A stretch of DNA of 64,000 nucleotides from an uncultured Candidatus Saccharibacteria bacterium (GTDB lineage: Bacteria; Patescibacteriota; Minisyncoccia; Phycocordibacterales; PALSA-1337). The stretch covers positions 70,163-134,162 of the forward strand of contig CAZGUZ010000001.1 in assembly GCA_964529025.1 (NCBI GenBank), written 5' to 3'. Positions 29,488 through 39,708 of the stretch are shown here, piece after piece; position 1 is the stretch's first letter, and each line of letters starts with the position of its first letter. A program made the position numbers and the translations under genes. A model generated the notes under the pieces. The model had not been told where the DNA came from. It ran no database searches and saw only the letters and a program-made list of their open reading frames with translations.

Positions 29488-30111
29488 TTATTTCTTTCGA
29501 GCAACTATATACACATTTGCATAGATATCTGAATCCCCGACGCAAAGATCAAGTTTGCGGGCAAGCTTCTGGACAAGACTAATAAAACGCTCAAACTTTT
29601 TATGGAGTTTTGGGTTTTTATAATGGTTAAAAAAATAAAAGTGTGCAAATTCTGATAGTGTAGAGAATACCCGGCCATATTGCTTACATTCAATAACTTC
29701 AAATCCCTCATTCAAAAACAAAGATGATAGACCTGTTACCGTATATCGAAAGTAATCATGGGGATCTGCATGGTACGGTATCAAAAAAGGAGCCGAGAGA
29801 ATACAGGTTCCACCTTGGACTAAAACTCGTCTAATTTGTTGAACCATCACCCATGGTTTTTCAACATGCTCTAGAACCTGTGTCGAAACTACAGTATCAA
29901 AAGAGTCTTCCGGGATCGGTAAGTTTAATATATCACCCACAATATCAATATGGGGTCCTGGCACCATATCAAATGTAGTATAGGTACTAGCTTTAGGCAT
30001 AATTAAAGAGCGATACTTGGCTGAACCTGCTCCCAAATCAAGAGTTCTACCGTGCACATACTTCAATGTGTAATTAACGACATCGCGGGTTGTCTGTAGA
30101 TAGTTGTTCAT
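29488..30111 (-). CDS. Methyltransferase type 11 (paralog of neighbour)
   Basis: LDLGAG, TQVLEHV and HADPHDYFRYT. Start set at MNNY. Confidence 0.88.
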   Translation of the reverse strand: MNNYLQTTRDVVNYTLKYVHGRTLDLGAGSAKYRSLIMPKASTYTTFDMVPGPHIDIVGDILNLPIPEDSFDTVVSTQVLEHVEKPWVMVQQIRRVLVQGGTCILSAPFLIPYHADPHDYFRYTVTGLSSLFLNEGFEVIECKQYGRVFSTLSEFAHFYFFNHYKNPKLHKKFERFISLVQKLARKLDLCVGDSDIYANVYIVARKK

Positions 30112-30112
30112 A

Positions 30113-31231
30113 TTATTTAATGAGTTCGTCAATAGCAGCAAGTACCATTTCTACGGTAATTTCTTCAATTTGGCGACGAGCTTCAGCAACATTATACACC
30201 CTTGAATTCATAATATGAATCTCGGGCTTTTTTCTATCACGTAAATACACCAATCGAGCATTTGGTCCTTGTGGGGGCTGTTCTTTTTCTGATACGGGAC
30301 CAATAATATCAACGAGAGGAATGTTTAAAGCTTCGGCAATGTATATTGGGCCTGTATCGACACCAACAAATAAATCGAGTCTTGATATACATGCTTTAAG
30401 CTCATCAATAGAAACATCCGATACACTTATAATTCTTTCAAGTTCTTGGGCAGAAAAATAATTTCTAAAGTCTTGAATAATATCTTTTTCTTTTGCTCCG
30501 CCAAATATGTATACAATATCTGTAGTATTTCGCTTGAGCAATTCCCTTGTAAGCTCAACAAACTTTTTAATTGGCCATTGCTTAATATCGTTTCCTGCAC
30601 CAAGAGCTAGGCCAATTGCTTTGCCACCCAGTTTTTTTTGAATCAAATTGTGTGCAGTACCCTCGGCTTGCTTTGAGTAATATATATGTTTCTGTATATC
30701 AATACTCTCTACTCCTAATGGCTTCAATAAGTTGAGGTATTGCTGTGGAGCATATTCATTCATTGCAAAAGGAATTTTTATTACTCTTTGCAAAAGAAAA
30801 CGGTAACCTAAAGTCATATACGGAGAGTAGCCCCCAACAACTTGAGGAGCAACAATAAGACTCGCTCGTGAAAATAGAGCAACTATGAGAGATTTGAAAT
30901 TAGGAGTTGTAATACAGATAATCTGCGGGCGCTCTTTTTTAAGAAATTTAATTTGTTCAATAATCTCTGATCGTACGACAATGTATTCGTGTACGTATGG
31001 ATGATATTCGAGTACTTCTTTGTTAATTGAACTACCGGCAACAATACACTTAAACTTATGACTTGATTGGGCCAACGCTTGAATCATAGGGGTTATACAG
31101 ATAGTATCGCCAAGCTTACCTGTATGAAAAATTAGAACTTTCGCCTCATCGAGTGCTTTATTAGAACGGGTATATGTAAGCGAGTACACATAGGCCGCGC
31201 AACACAAAATAAGATTGTATAGTCGATGCAT
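30113..31231 (-). CDS. GT9 (heptosyltransferase-like) glycosyltransferase
   Basis: KLGD, KQWP and DTGPIYIAEALNIP motifs. Confidence 0.85.
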   Translation of the reverse strand: MHRLYNLILCCAAYVYSLTYTRSNKALDEAKVLIFHTGKLGDTICITPMIQALAQSSHKFKCIVAGSSINKEVLEYHPYVHEYIVVRSEIIEQIKFLKKERPQIICITTPNFKSLIVALFSRASLIVAPQVVGGYSPYMTLGYRFLLQRVIKIPFAMNEYAPQQYLNLLKPLGVESIDIQKHIYYSKQAEGTAHNLIQKKLGGKAIGLALGAGNDIKQWPIKKFVELTRELLKRNTTDIVYIFGGAKEKDIIQDFRNYFSAQELERIISVSDVSIDELKACISRLDLFVGVDTGPIYIAEALNIPLVDIIGPVSEKEQPPQGPNARLVYLRDRKKPEIHIMNSRVYNVAEARRQIEEITVEMVLAAIDELIK

Positions 31232-31272
31232 AAGTAAATTAAGTATACGCTACCCCTAAGGCAAAACAAGTC

Positions 31273-33588
31273 TTACCAAGCAGGAAAACTTATTTCAATT
31301 GTATGCACACCCTGCTTCAAAGGTAACCCCATAAAGATATCCATGACTAATTCCGGTTTAACATTTTGGCCATCGAGTGTAACTACATAATCAGCAAGAA
31401 ATGCATTGCCTATAACTAAATAACCATCTTTTGTATTTTGAACATTTAAGACAGTCTTTCTTTCCTCATACTGCGGTTTAATTTGAGCGATAACCGGCAA
31501 CAAATCGTAACTTTGTGGCTTTGCTGTGGTCACATAGTATCGGGGCATATAATCACTCAACTCATACAAATACACCTTAGTCCCACACGAACCAACCTGC
31601 CGCTCTGATACAAGTTTAAAATCCTCATGAATAATTGGGTAGCCTGAAACTACATAACGAATGTTGAGGAATTTATAAATTAATCTATTTTTAATAACAC
31701 CCTCAATTTTTTCTTGCACAGAACCTGAAGCTCGCACCACAGAATCACTGTGAAGTGTTTGTTCGGTTGCGAGCTGTGACAGTATCTTTGAGACCCTCTC
31801 GGGCATAAAGTTATCATAGCCATCGACGGCATCGATTCCATAAAGTAATGAAAGATTGGGCTGAAGGAACTCTTTTTGGTATAGCCACACCTCTTCGACT
31901 GAACTTACGCCACAACGAGACAAGACCTCATTATAAATAGTTGTCGCCGGCAATATTGATATGTATCGATATGGCATAGCTCCTTCGCCCTTCTTCATCA
32001 ATGAAACCGTTTCGGGCTCACTTTCTACCTGCTCGCGCTCAATAAATTCATAATGTCCAATATACACACCAGCAAAATTGATCATGACAACTCCGACAAT
32101 CAAATAGCCTACGTAATTTTTTGCATACTTGAGCACCCAGATAGAACCCCATACTGCGACAATGCTCATCAAGACAAAAAATACTACATGATAATCAGTG
32201 AAAGTTAGTTTCCAAAGATCTTCCATGTACATATCAAGTACATAAACATAGTGTTCGTACGGCAAAACGTAGTTACCTAAAAGCAAGGACCGCTCAATCT
32301 TTTGGAGAGCAAAAGAGCGTATATTATCAGAGAAACCAGCGAGCACAATAGTTGCAAGAGAAATTAGAGGCAAAATACAAAATATAAAAATACGGCGGTA
32401 CCACTGAATTACCTTGTCAAAAACACTAATTGATTCTTCATTGTCATCAATAATTTGATTAATAATATATGCGATCAAACAAGCACCTGCAAACCAGCCA
32501 ATAAACATTAATCGTGGTGCCTCTCTAAAACTATCCCACAGCGGTATTTGATGTGTTAACCAAGCAAGTGGTGAATATTTAATTCCGTGAAGTATACAAA
32601 AAATAAAAACTACGTACCAAAACCTGAAATAAAAATTTTGTATCTTTTTCCACGATACCAGAGCTGTGCATAGTAAAAGAAGGCTGAGAATACCGATGTA
32701 TAGATTAGGATTACTTAGCTCAAAGTGAGGGATCTTAATAAAAGGTAGGAAGAAACGTACCGCATCTTGAAACTGATAAGCTCCGGCATAAACTGAATCT
32801 AGACCAACCCCTTCTGCCCTCATGGTCTCAGGCCTGAACGACATGATTGCTGCTATCTGTGGCAACCCATAAAGAAACGACACTAAATAGGCACCAAAAA
32901 GTCCCACACCTTCTTTTGTAAGCAAAATAAGCTTTTGCTTTGTAGTAGTGGTACTGTGGCTGGGGACAAACCAACTTCGAGCACATACATATATGCCGAT
33001 AAAGGTGTGAATATATACAATGTACTGTACATGTCCTACTCTCCAGCCCAAGCCAAGAGCTAAGCCGATAGCAATCCATAAAATAAATTTATTAAACTTA
33101 TTTGTGATACTCGCAATGAGTTCATAAAGGAATAATACTAAAGGTAGAATTGGATAGTACATCACATTTGCGTGTGACTCGACCCACAGCATATTTTGAC
33201 CCGAGAAGACAGCAATTGTCGCACCGGCCACATACGCAAACGGTGAAGCAATAAACTTACGTATATATCCATAAGAAAAGACGTAGGTGAATACAAGTGA
33301 AACAACGATACTTAAAGAATAGAGCGTCATCGGCTCAGCGTACATACCGAGTAAGCGAATAGCAGGAAAAAACCATGTCCCCGTATTTGATGCCAATAGT
33401 GGAAAACCTAAAAGTATTCCCTGAGAAATAACCGGACCACCTCGCATTGCATGAAAAAAGTATTCATAGAATGAAAAGATCACATCGCCATTAGAAATAA
33501 ACTTATTACCAAAAATGATTGGGAAAAATATGGCAACAATGAGTACCATCGGCACGATCGACATTATGTAGAAATTAATTTTTTTCAT
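31273..33588 (-). CDS. YfhO-like GT-C membrane glycosyltransferase
   Basis: Many TM helices; GFPLLA, GHVQY, LYIG, FREAPR and DGYD motifs; C-terminal beta domain. Confidence 0.7.
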   Translation of the reverse strand: MKKINFYIMSIVPMVLIVAIFFPIIFGNKFISNGDVIFSFYEYFFHAMRGGPVISQGILLGFPLLASNTGTWFFPAIRLLGMYAEPMTLYSLSIVVSLVFTYVFSYGYIRKFIASPFAYVAGATIAVFSGQNMLWVESHANVMYYPILPLVLFLYELIASITNKFNKFILWIAIGLALGLGWRVGHVQYIVYIHTFIGIYVCARSWFVPSHSTTTTKQKLILLTKEGVGLFGAYLVSFLYGLPQIAAIMSFRPETMRAEGVGLDSVYAGAYQFQDAVRFFLPFIKIPHFELSNPNLYIGILSLLLLCTALVSWKKIQNFYFRFWYVVFIFCILHGIKYSPLAWLTHQIPLWDSFREAPRLMFIGWFAGACLIAYIINQIIDDNEESISVFDKVIQWYRRIFIFCILPLISLATIVLAGFSDNIRSFALQKIERSLLLGNYVLPYEHYVYVLDMYMEDLWKLTFTDYHVVFFVLMSIVAVWGSIWVLKYAKNYVGYLIVGVVMINFAGVYIGHYEFIEREQVESEPETVSLMKKGEGAMPYRYISILPATTIYNEVLSRCGVSSVEEVWLYQKEFLQPNLSLLYGIDAVDGYDNFMPERVSKILSQLATEQTLHSDSVVRASGSVQEKIEGVIKNRLIYKFLNIRYVVSGYPIIHEDFKLVSERQVGSCGTKVYLYELSDYMPRYYVTTAKPQSYDLLPVIAQIKPQYEERKTVLNVQNTKDGYLVIGNAFLADYVVTLDGQNVKPELVMDIFMGLPLKQGVHTIEISFPAW

Positions 33589-35506
33589 GTTTTTTAGTGT
33601 AGTTATCAAACCAAAGTTGAAAAGCTAATAGATTCCAAAGTTTTTTTCTATGGTCATAGACATGATCCTGGTGCTCAGAAACAATCTTTTCAACATAGCC
33701 AGGGTTAAAAAGACCCTGCTTTTCAAGATACTTACGCGAAAGATATTTATCTACAAGGAATTTCATATCTCCATTAAGCCATTCGGCAACAGGCATACCA
33801 AATCCTTTTTTCTTTCGGTAGATTATGTCATGGGGAAGCTTCCCTTCCATTGTCTTTTTAAAAGACCATTTAAGTGTTAAAAACCTTCTTTTATTTTTAA
33901 AAGGTAAAGAGAATGCGTACTCAATAATTGAAGTATCGAGGATTGGAGATCGAGCCTCCAAAGAAGTCATCATCGTTGCACGATCAACTTTTACCAAAAC
34001 CCCATCAAGCAAATATGTACTCATATATGAGTACAGCAAAGCATTGAGCTTGAGCGCATAAGAAAAGGTTCGTGAACCAGAATTTTTTATAAATTCAGTA
34101 AAATACTTTTCATTACTATGATATACGTCTTTTGCTAAATCTTGGACATTAAAAGTGACCAAAGAAGAAATCTCTCGCTGAGAGAAACTGGCTAAATAAC
34201 GAGCGTGTCGTTCTGACATACTATTTACACAACCATCTAAGAACTTCTGGACTTTAAAAACAAAACTAAAGTTAGTATGAGATACTGGCAATAGTAGAGT
34301 GGATTTTCGCAGAGCACTGCCTAAAATTTTTATTACAACTTGAGGCAACCAAGATAGGCCGTACATATAAAAAGATTCAGCAAAAAAGGTTGGATAGCCT
34401 GCGAATAGCTCATCGCCACCGTCTCCACCGAGAGCTACCGTAACGTGTTTTCGTGCAAATTCAGAAACAAGATATGTTGGCACAATTGAAGCATCGCCGA
34501 GAGGCTCATCGAGCTTACTAAATATTGGCTTTAGAGCAGAAAGACAATCTTGAGTCGTCACCACCTGATGATAATGTTCGGTTCCAAGAAACTTTGCAAC
34601 TTTATATGCATAAGGTGATTCATCAAAACTTTTCTCATTAAAGCCAATTGAGAATGTCTTGATTTTTTTTGGAGCATATTGCTCTGCGGCGTAATATGCA
34701 ACTGCTGAACTGTCGAGCCCACCACTCAAAAATATTCCAATAGGAACATCGGCAATTAATCGCCTCTTTACTGCACCTTGAAGTAATTTATCGAGTTCTT
34801 GCTTATTAAATCTCTTTTCTTCTTGAATACTTAAGTTCCAATATTGCCGCTTTATTTGTGAGAAGTCTTTGAGAGATACTGTAACGTATGTAGCTGGTTC
34901 AAGCTTGTATACATTCTCAAAAATAGTTGCAGGTGTTGGAACATAATCGTGTACAAGATACTCAACAAGAGACTTTTGTGAAATCTTCGGCTTATTTTGC
35001 TTCCATAAAGGATGCGCCTGCAAAGCCGAAAGCTCTGAAGCAAATGCAAAGTTTTGATTATCAAATTGCGTCCAGTACAAAGGCTTTTTACCAGCTCTGT
35101 CGCGAGCCAAAATTAAAACATTTCGCTTTATATCGACAATACCGATTGCAAACATTCCATGAATAAATGAAAATACTTTTTCTCCATATTTATCATACAG
35201 AGCCAAAATAACTTCGGTGTCCGAATGACCTCGGAAAGCGTAACCATCTTGCATTAATTCATTACGGAGCTCTTTAAAATTGTATATTTCACCATTAAAT
35301 ACAAGAATTACCGAAGAATCAGTATTGGTCATAGGTTGGCTACCAGCCTCACTCAAATCCACAATGCTTAATCGTGCATGAGCAAGGCCAAAGTTCTGAC
35401 CCTCAAATACACCCTGCGCATCAGGGCCTCTATGCCGCAAAGCATGTGCCATTTTTTGCAAGTCGTTTGAACTACCTTTGCCTATGTATCCAGCAATGCC
35501 GCACAT
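33575..35506 (-). CDS. asnB: Asparagine synthetase (glutamine-hydrolysing)-type amidotransferase, probably glycan-modifying
   Basis: MCGIAG, HRGPD, FNGEIYN, LSGGLDSS and GDGGDELFAGY motifs. Confidence 0.93.
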   Translation of the reverse strand: MCGIAGYIGKGSSNDLQKMAHALRHRGPDAQGVFEGQNFGLAHARLSIVDLSEAGSQPMTNTDSSVILVFNGEIYNFKELRNELMQDGYAFRGHSDTEVILALYDKYGEKVFSFIHGMFAIGIVDIKRNVLILARDRAGKKPLYWTQFDNQNFAFASELSALQAHPLWKQNKPKISQKSLVEYLVHDYVPTPATIFENVYKLEPATYVTVSLKDFSQIKRQYWNLSIQEEKRFNKQELDKLLQGAVKRRLIADVPIGIFLSGGLDSSAVAYYAAEQYAPKKIKTFSIGFNEKSFDESPYAYKVAKFLGTEHYHQVVTTQDCLSALKPIFSKLDEPLGDASIVPTYLVSEFARKHVTVALGGDGGDELFAGYPTFFAESFYMYGLSWLPQVVIKILGSALRKSTLLLPVSHTNFSFVFKVQKFLDGCVNSMSERHARYLASFSQREISSLVTFNVQDLAKDVYHSNEKYFTEFIKNSGSRTFSYALKLNALLYSYMSTYLLDGVLVKVDRATMMTSLEARSPILDTSIIEYAFSLPFKNKRRFLTLKWSFKKTMEGKLPHDIIYRKKKGFGMPVAEWLNGDMKFLVDKYLSRKYLEKQGLFNPGYVEKIVSEHQDHVYDHRKKLWNLLAFQLWFDNYTKKHEKN

Positions 35507-35507
35507 A

Positions 35508-36452
35508 CTAGAAATTATGCATACTCTTTATCGAGTATGGCTTTTTATCTTGCGACTCATAGTAGGTTCGCATAAGCATTTCTGCAATTACACCCATTGT
35601 TATAAGCTGCACGCCAACAATGATACCGAGGGCTCCGAATATGGGTAGTGGAGTGTCTACAAAACTTCGCACATCGAGAATTTTTAAAATGAAAGCTAAT
35701 ACAAGTGCAATAGCACCAAGAATTCCTGAAAAGAAACCTATTCCTCCAAAGAAGTGCATAGGGCGATTCATGTATCGAGCCATGAATTTAATCACGACAA
35801 GATCAAGAAGAACTCGGAAAGTGCGCGTAATTCCATACTTACTCTGACCAAAACGCCTTTGCCTAAAATTAACAGGAACCTCCGTTACTCGAGCACCGTT
35901 CCACGAAGCATAAGCAGGAATAAAGCGATGCATTTCGCCGTACAAACGAACATCTTGTATAACAGATCTTCGATAAGCTTTGAGAATACAGCCGTAGTCA
36001 TGTAAATGGACACGAGTAATATATGAAATTATTTTATTTGCAGTAAGAGAAGGTAATTTTCTTGTTATGAATGAACCCGCCCATCTACCTTGCCTCCAAC
36101 CAGAGACCACATCGTAACCGGAGTCAAGCACCTTAATAATGCGAGCAATATCCGCAGGATCATTTTCAAGGTCACTATCAATAGTAACAAATACATCGCC
36201 TGTTGCATTTTCAATACCTGCAGTTATTGCTGCGCTTTGACCTCTGTTTGCTCTAAAGTTAATAACCTTAAGCTGGGGGTACTTTTTTGCTTGTTCTTCA
36301 AGAACACTCTCTGTCGAATCTTTAGAACCATCATTAACAGCAATAATTTCAAAATCTCCAATTAGTGATAGCTCCTTTGTTAATTCTTCAAACAAAAAAG
36401 GCAGGCTTTCAGCTTCATTATAAATTGGAGTGACAACGGAAAGCTTTTTCAT
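35508..36452 (-). CDS. GT2 polyprenyl-phosphate glycosyltransferase (ArnC/GtrB-like)
   Basis: PIYNE, NDGSKD, DSDLENDP, EMHRFIP and two C-terminal TMs. Confidence 0.9.
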   Translation of the reverse strand: MKKLSVVTPIYNEAESLPFLFEELTKELSLIGDFEIIAVNDGSKDSTESVLEEQAKKYPQLKVINFRANRGQSAAITAGIENATGDVFVTIDSDLENDPADIARIIKVLDSGYDVVSGWRQGRWAGSFITRKLPSLTANKIISYITRVHLHDYGCILKAYRRSVIQDVRLYGEMHRFIPAYASWNGARVTEVPVNFRQRRFGQSKYGITRTFRVLLDLVVIKFMARYMNRPMHFFGGIGFFSGILGAIALVLAFILKILDVRSFVDTPLPIFGALGIIVGVQLITMGVIAEMLMRTYYESQDKKPYSIKSMHNF

Positions 36453-38098
36453 TATTTACGAATACTATATATGTTTTTACCCAAACGCTCAAGGCCCCAA
36501 AAGCTCGATGAAAAGTAGCTACCAATATCCTCAAGCTCCATGCCGCCACCAATAGAAAATGGTATTCCCTCCCTTTGTGTATTGAGTACGAATACTTGAC
36601 CACCAGCCGTGGCACCCTTTTGTAGTACATTTTCACTGCCCACTAAATATCCCTCAATAAAAAGGCCTTTAAAATCATGGTGTTTATTTAACCTTAGCCT
36701 ATCAGAATTTTGATCGAGTACAATCTTGCACCTTGTACCACAAATGTAGTTTACATTGAGCTTATTAAGCGCATATGAACTAGTGCTTTGTCGCACCGAA
36801 AGCAAAGGGCTTACATTATTAACAACAACTGTATTATTATCTTGATACAAACTCACGACCTTATGTGAAGCAACATTATAAGTTGTTGGTACACTCAATA
36901 GCCAAGCACTTCTGAACATGAAAATTATTGAAATCAGACAAAGAACAGTGTTCATTATGGTAAAGACTCGCACATACTTCTCTGCTATTACGTATATACC
37001 CAAAGTGATCCCCAACAATAAACACACTGGTATCATATAACGCAAATAAGCCTCAGGGCTTGTTGACCAACGCGCAATCACCACGATTGCACCGAAATAC
37101 GCCACGCAACTTATAAGTACCAGTTGCCAGAACGATTTTATACCCTCATTGATACCAAGAATCGCTTGCTTCTTTGTGCGAAAGAATAAAGCTAAGCCAT
37201 GAGCAAGAATAATAATAGGGGCAACAAGAAATAGCTTTATAGAATTCGCACTAAAAGACTCACTTATTGTTAAGTTTGTTGCTTTTGCAGTATCCGAAAG
37301 TGTATAGTCAAAAACAATACTCTTGAGCTGAGCAGCTACACCATTCCAGTTGAGTAAAATGATACCGATAGTAACTAATCCGGAAACCGTAACAAGCTTA
37401 AAAAAACCCTGCCAACTCATATTGATCTTTTTTGCATGTATCAAATATACTGACCAGCAAATCATAGTCACCAAAAACACTCCAGCGAGCGGAAAGTTCG
37501 CAGTAGCCATAGCAGAGAAAATAAATGCTGCGTACAAAAAATTTTTCCTACTCTTATCTTGAGTGAGAGCAATTAGGTAATAACGCAAAGAACCAACAAT
37601 GAGCGCGCAAGTTACCACCCAGACTTTACTTGTGTGGAAAATTGTAAAAACGACAAGATTACTCATTGTAAGCACCATAATAACTATACGCCGCCACGTG
37701 GTAGAGCCTGTAACAATTAGAATATCTCTCGTCCACAACATTATCAACACAACTGATGCCACACTAATCAATCGAGCAATGAGATAGACCAACCAAGTGG
37801 AATCTATAAAAAAGAATTTAGTTGCATTAATATCTAAGTTATTCAACAGACCAACAAAGATAACGACTGGTACTATAAAGACATAGTTGAGAAAATAGGT
37901 AACCGTTCCATAGAGAACATCTGTCCCTTGAGGTAATAGGCTCCATGCAGATAATGCTCTTAAAACCGAACCGGGGAACATTTCATCAAAGATAATAGAT
38001 GTCGAGGGAAATCCGTACCACACGCCAACAAGATAAAATATTGTCAGTAAACAAATTACAGCAAAGTCAGAGTTAATTCTCTTAAGGGTAGAGATCAT
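36452..38098 (-). CDS. Multi-TM membrane protein, probable GT-C glycosyltransferase
   Basis: N-terminal TM then FDE acidic loop, ARLISV, and RYMIP late loop; lies in the glycan locus. Confidence 0.6.
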   Translation of the reverse strand: MISTLKRINSDFAVICLLTIFYLVGVWYGFPSTSIIFDEMFPGSVLRALSAWSLLPQGTDVLYGTVTYFLNYVFIVPVVIFVGLLNNLDINATKFFFIDSTWLVYLIARLISVASVVLIMLWTRDILIVTGSTTWRRIVIMVLTMSNLVVFTIFHTSKVWVVTCALIVGSLRYYLIALTQDKSRKNFLYAAFIFSAMATANFPLAGVFLVTMICWSVYLIHAKKINMSWQGFFKLVTVSGLVTIGIILLNWNGVAAQLKSIVFDYTLSDTAKATNLTISESFSANSIKLFLVAPIIILAHGLALFFRTKKQAILGINEGIKSFWQLVLISCVAYFGAIVVIARWSTSPEAYLRYMIPVCLLLGITLGIYVIAEKYVRVFTIMNTVLCLISIIFMFRSAWLLSVPTTYNVASHKVVSLYQDNNTVVVNNVSPLLSVRQSTSSYALNKLNVNYICGTRCKIVLDQNSDRLRLNKHHDFKGLFIEGYLVGSENVLQKGATAGGQVFVLNTQREGIPFSIGGGMELEDIGSYFSSSFWGLERLGKNIYSIRK

Positions 38099-39708
38099 AA
38101 TTCAATGCGACGCGCTACGACAAACATATTATCCCGCAGATTAATAGGTAAACTGATTCGAGCAAAAAACTTACTCTTTGCAAAAGACTTTGATAGTGTC
38201 AGAAAAATATTAAACTTGAGCCATTTGTACAACATCAGGAATATATATTCGAGCGTAAATTTCTTTCCAATTGTTGTGGAAATCTCAATTTCAAAACCAG
38301 CATCAGCAAGCATTGAGTGAACTGCCCCTCTTGATAAACAATAGATATGTTCTGGTGGAATAATTAAATGCCAAGATGCTCCCAAAATTCGAGCATACAA
38401 ACTCGAAGCGTCTGGAGTGTTAACAATAATGAGTCCATCTTTTTCAATAAATTTCCTTGCTAACACCAATAATTCGCGTGGATTTGCTACATGCTCGAGC
38501 ACATCAAGCATTGTAATAACGCCAAATTTTTTACTTGATTTTTGCGCATATTCTTCGAGTGTGATCGCTTCAACATTAAGACCTTTTCTCTGAGCACTCT
38601 GTGCTGCTGCTTGAGAAATTTCTATTCCTTGTACAGCAAAACCGTGTTCACGAGCAATGTCCAGAAAATAACCCGTAGCAGCGCCAATATCAAATAATGA
38701 TAGTGGGAATTGAGTCTTTGTATGTAAAGACTTAATTATATCGATATATTTATTGAATGTTGAGCGCATAGGCTCTTTATCAGCATCGTAATTTACATAG
38801 CCAAAACCATGCTGTGCTCCATTAAAATACTCTTCACTGTAAATTTCTTGTGTACTCACTGGAGTTGGATGGACCTTGAGAGTGTCACATCGTGTACACT
38901 TTACAATTTCATGCTCGTTTTTGTGGGCGAAAACAGTGACGGGGACTTCCGTATTACAACCTGGGCAATATGTAGCCAAAACGGTACGCCCTTTCTTTAA
39001 ACGGTTTCGAATTGCAATTCTCATTGGTGCATAAATACCCTCACGAATGATATGATTCGAGATTTTTGACTCACCGCCCATACGTTCTTTGAAAATAATC
39101 GGTATCTCAACCATGCGTGAACCTAGATAATACAGAGCGCACTTGAGTTCAAGTATAAAAGCATATCCCGAACTACCAATACGGTCTAAATCGATTCTTT
39201 TAAGAGTGTTTGTCCGAATAAGATTGTACCCTGCTGTTACATCATAAATTGGAACTCCGGTAAGAACTCTTGTATAAAGATTTCCATTCTTACTTAAATA
39301 CTTTCTCCACCTTTCCCAACCTTCAACACTTCCACCCTGAATGTATCGAGAACCGGTTACGACATCTGCATTAACCTCTTCCATACGGCGAATTAATGTA
39401 GGTATGTATTTAGGATCATGAGAACAATCAGCATCCATCATTAAGACGGCATCGTATTTATTTTGGGAAAGTACATATTTCATTGCATGAGAATATGCTT
39501 TGCCCAAACCCTCTTTTCCCTTTCTCTTGAGTAAAAATAACTGCGAAAATTGTGCTTGGAGCTTTTCTACAATTTGCGCAGTCCCATCAGGGGAATTATC
39601 ATCGACAACAAGAACATCAATTTGTGGAGCATGATGAAAGATATTCTCTAACACCGCGGCAATTGAAGCACTTTCATTGTATGTCGGTAATATAGCGGTA
39701 ATTTTCAT
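38095..39708 (-). CDS. Polyprenol-phosphate-mannose-synthase-like GT2 fused to a SAM methyltransferase
   Basis: N half: PTYNE, DDNSPDGT, MDADCSHDP. C half: CxxC..CxxC, FDIGAATG, DVLEHV, PPEH. Confidence 0.88.
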   Translation of the reverse strand: MKITAILPTYNESASIAAVLENIFHHAPQIDVLVVDDNSPDGTAQIVEKLQAQFSQLFLLKRKGKEGLGKAYSHAMKYVLSQNKYDAVLMMDADCSHDPKYIPTLIRRMEEVNADVVTGSRYIQGGSVEGWERWRKYLSKNGNLYTRVLTGVPIYDVTAGYNLIRTNTLKRIDLDRIGSSGYAFILELKCALYYLGSRMVEIPIIFKERMGGESKISNHIIREGIYAPMRIAIRNRLKKGRTVLATYCPGCNTEVPVTVFAHKNEHEIVKCTRCDTLKVHPTPVSTQEIYSEEYFNGAQHGFGYVNYDADKEPMRSTFNKYIDIIKSLHTKTQFPLSLFDIGAATGYFLDIAREHGFAVQGIEISQAAAQSAQRKGLNVEAITLEEYAQKSSKKFGVITMLDVLEHVANPRELLVLARKFIEKDGLIIVNTPDASSLYARILGASWHLIIPPEHIYCLSRGAVHSMLADAGFEIEISTTIGKKFTLEYIFLMLYKWLKFNIFLTLSKSFAKSKFFARISLPINLRDNMFVVARRIEL

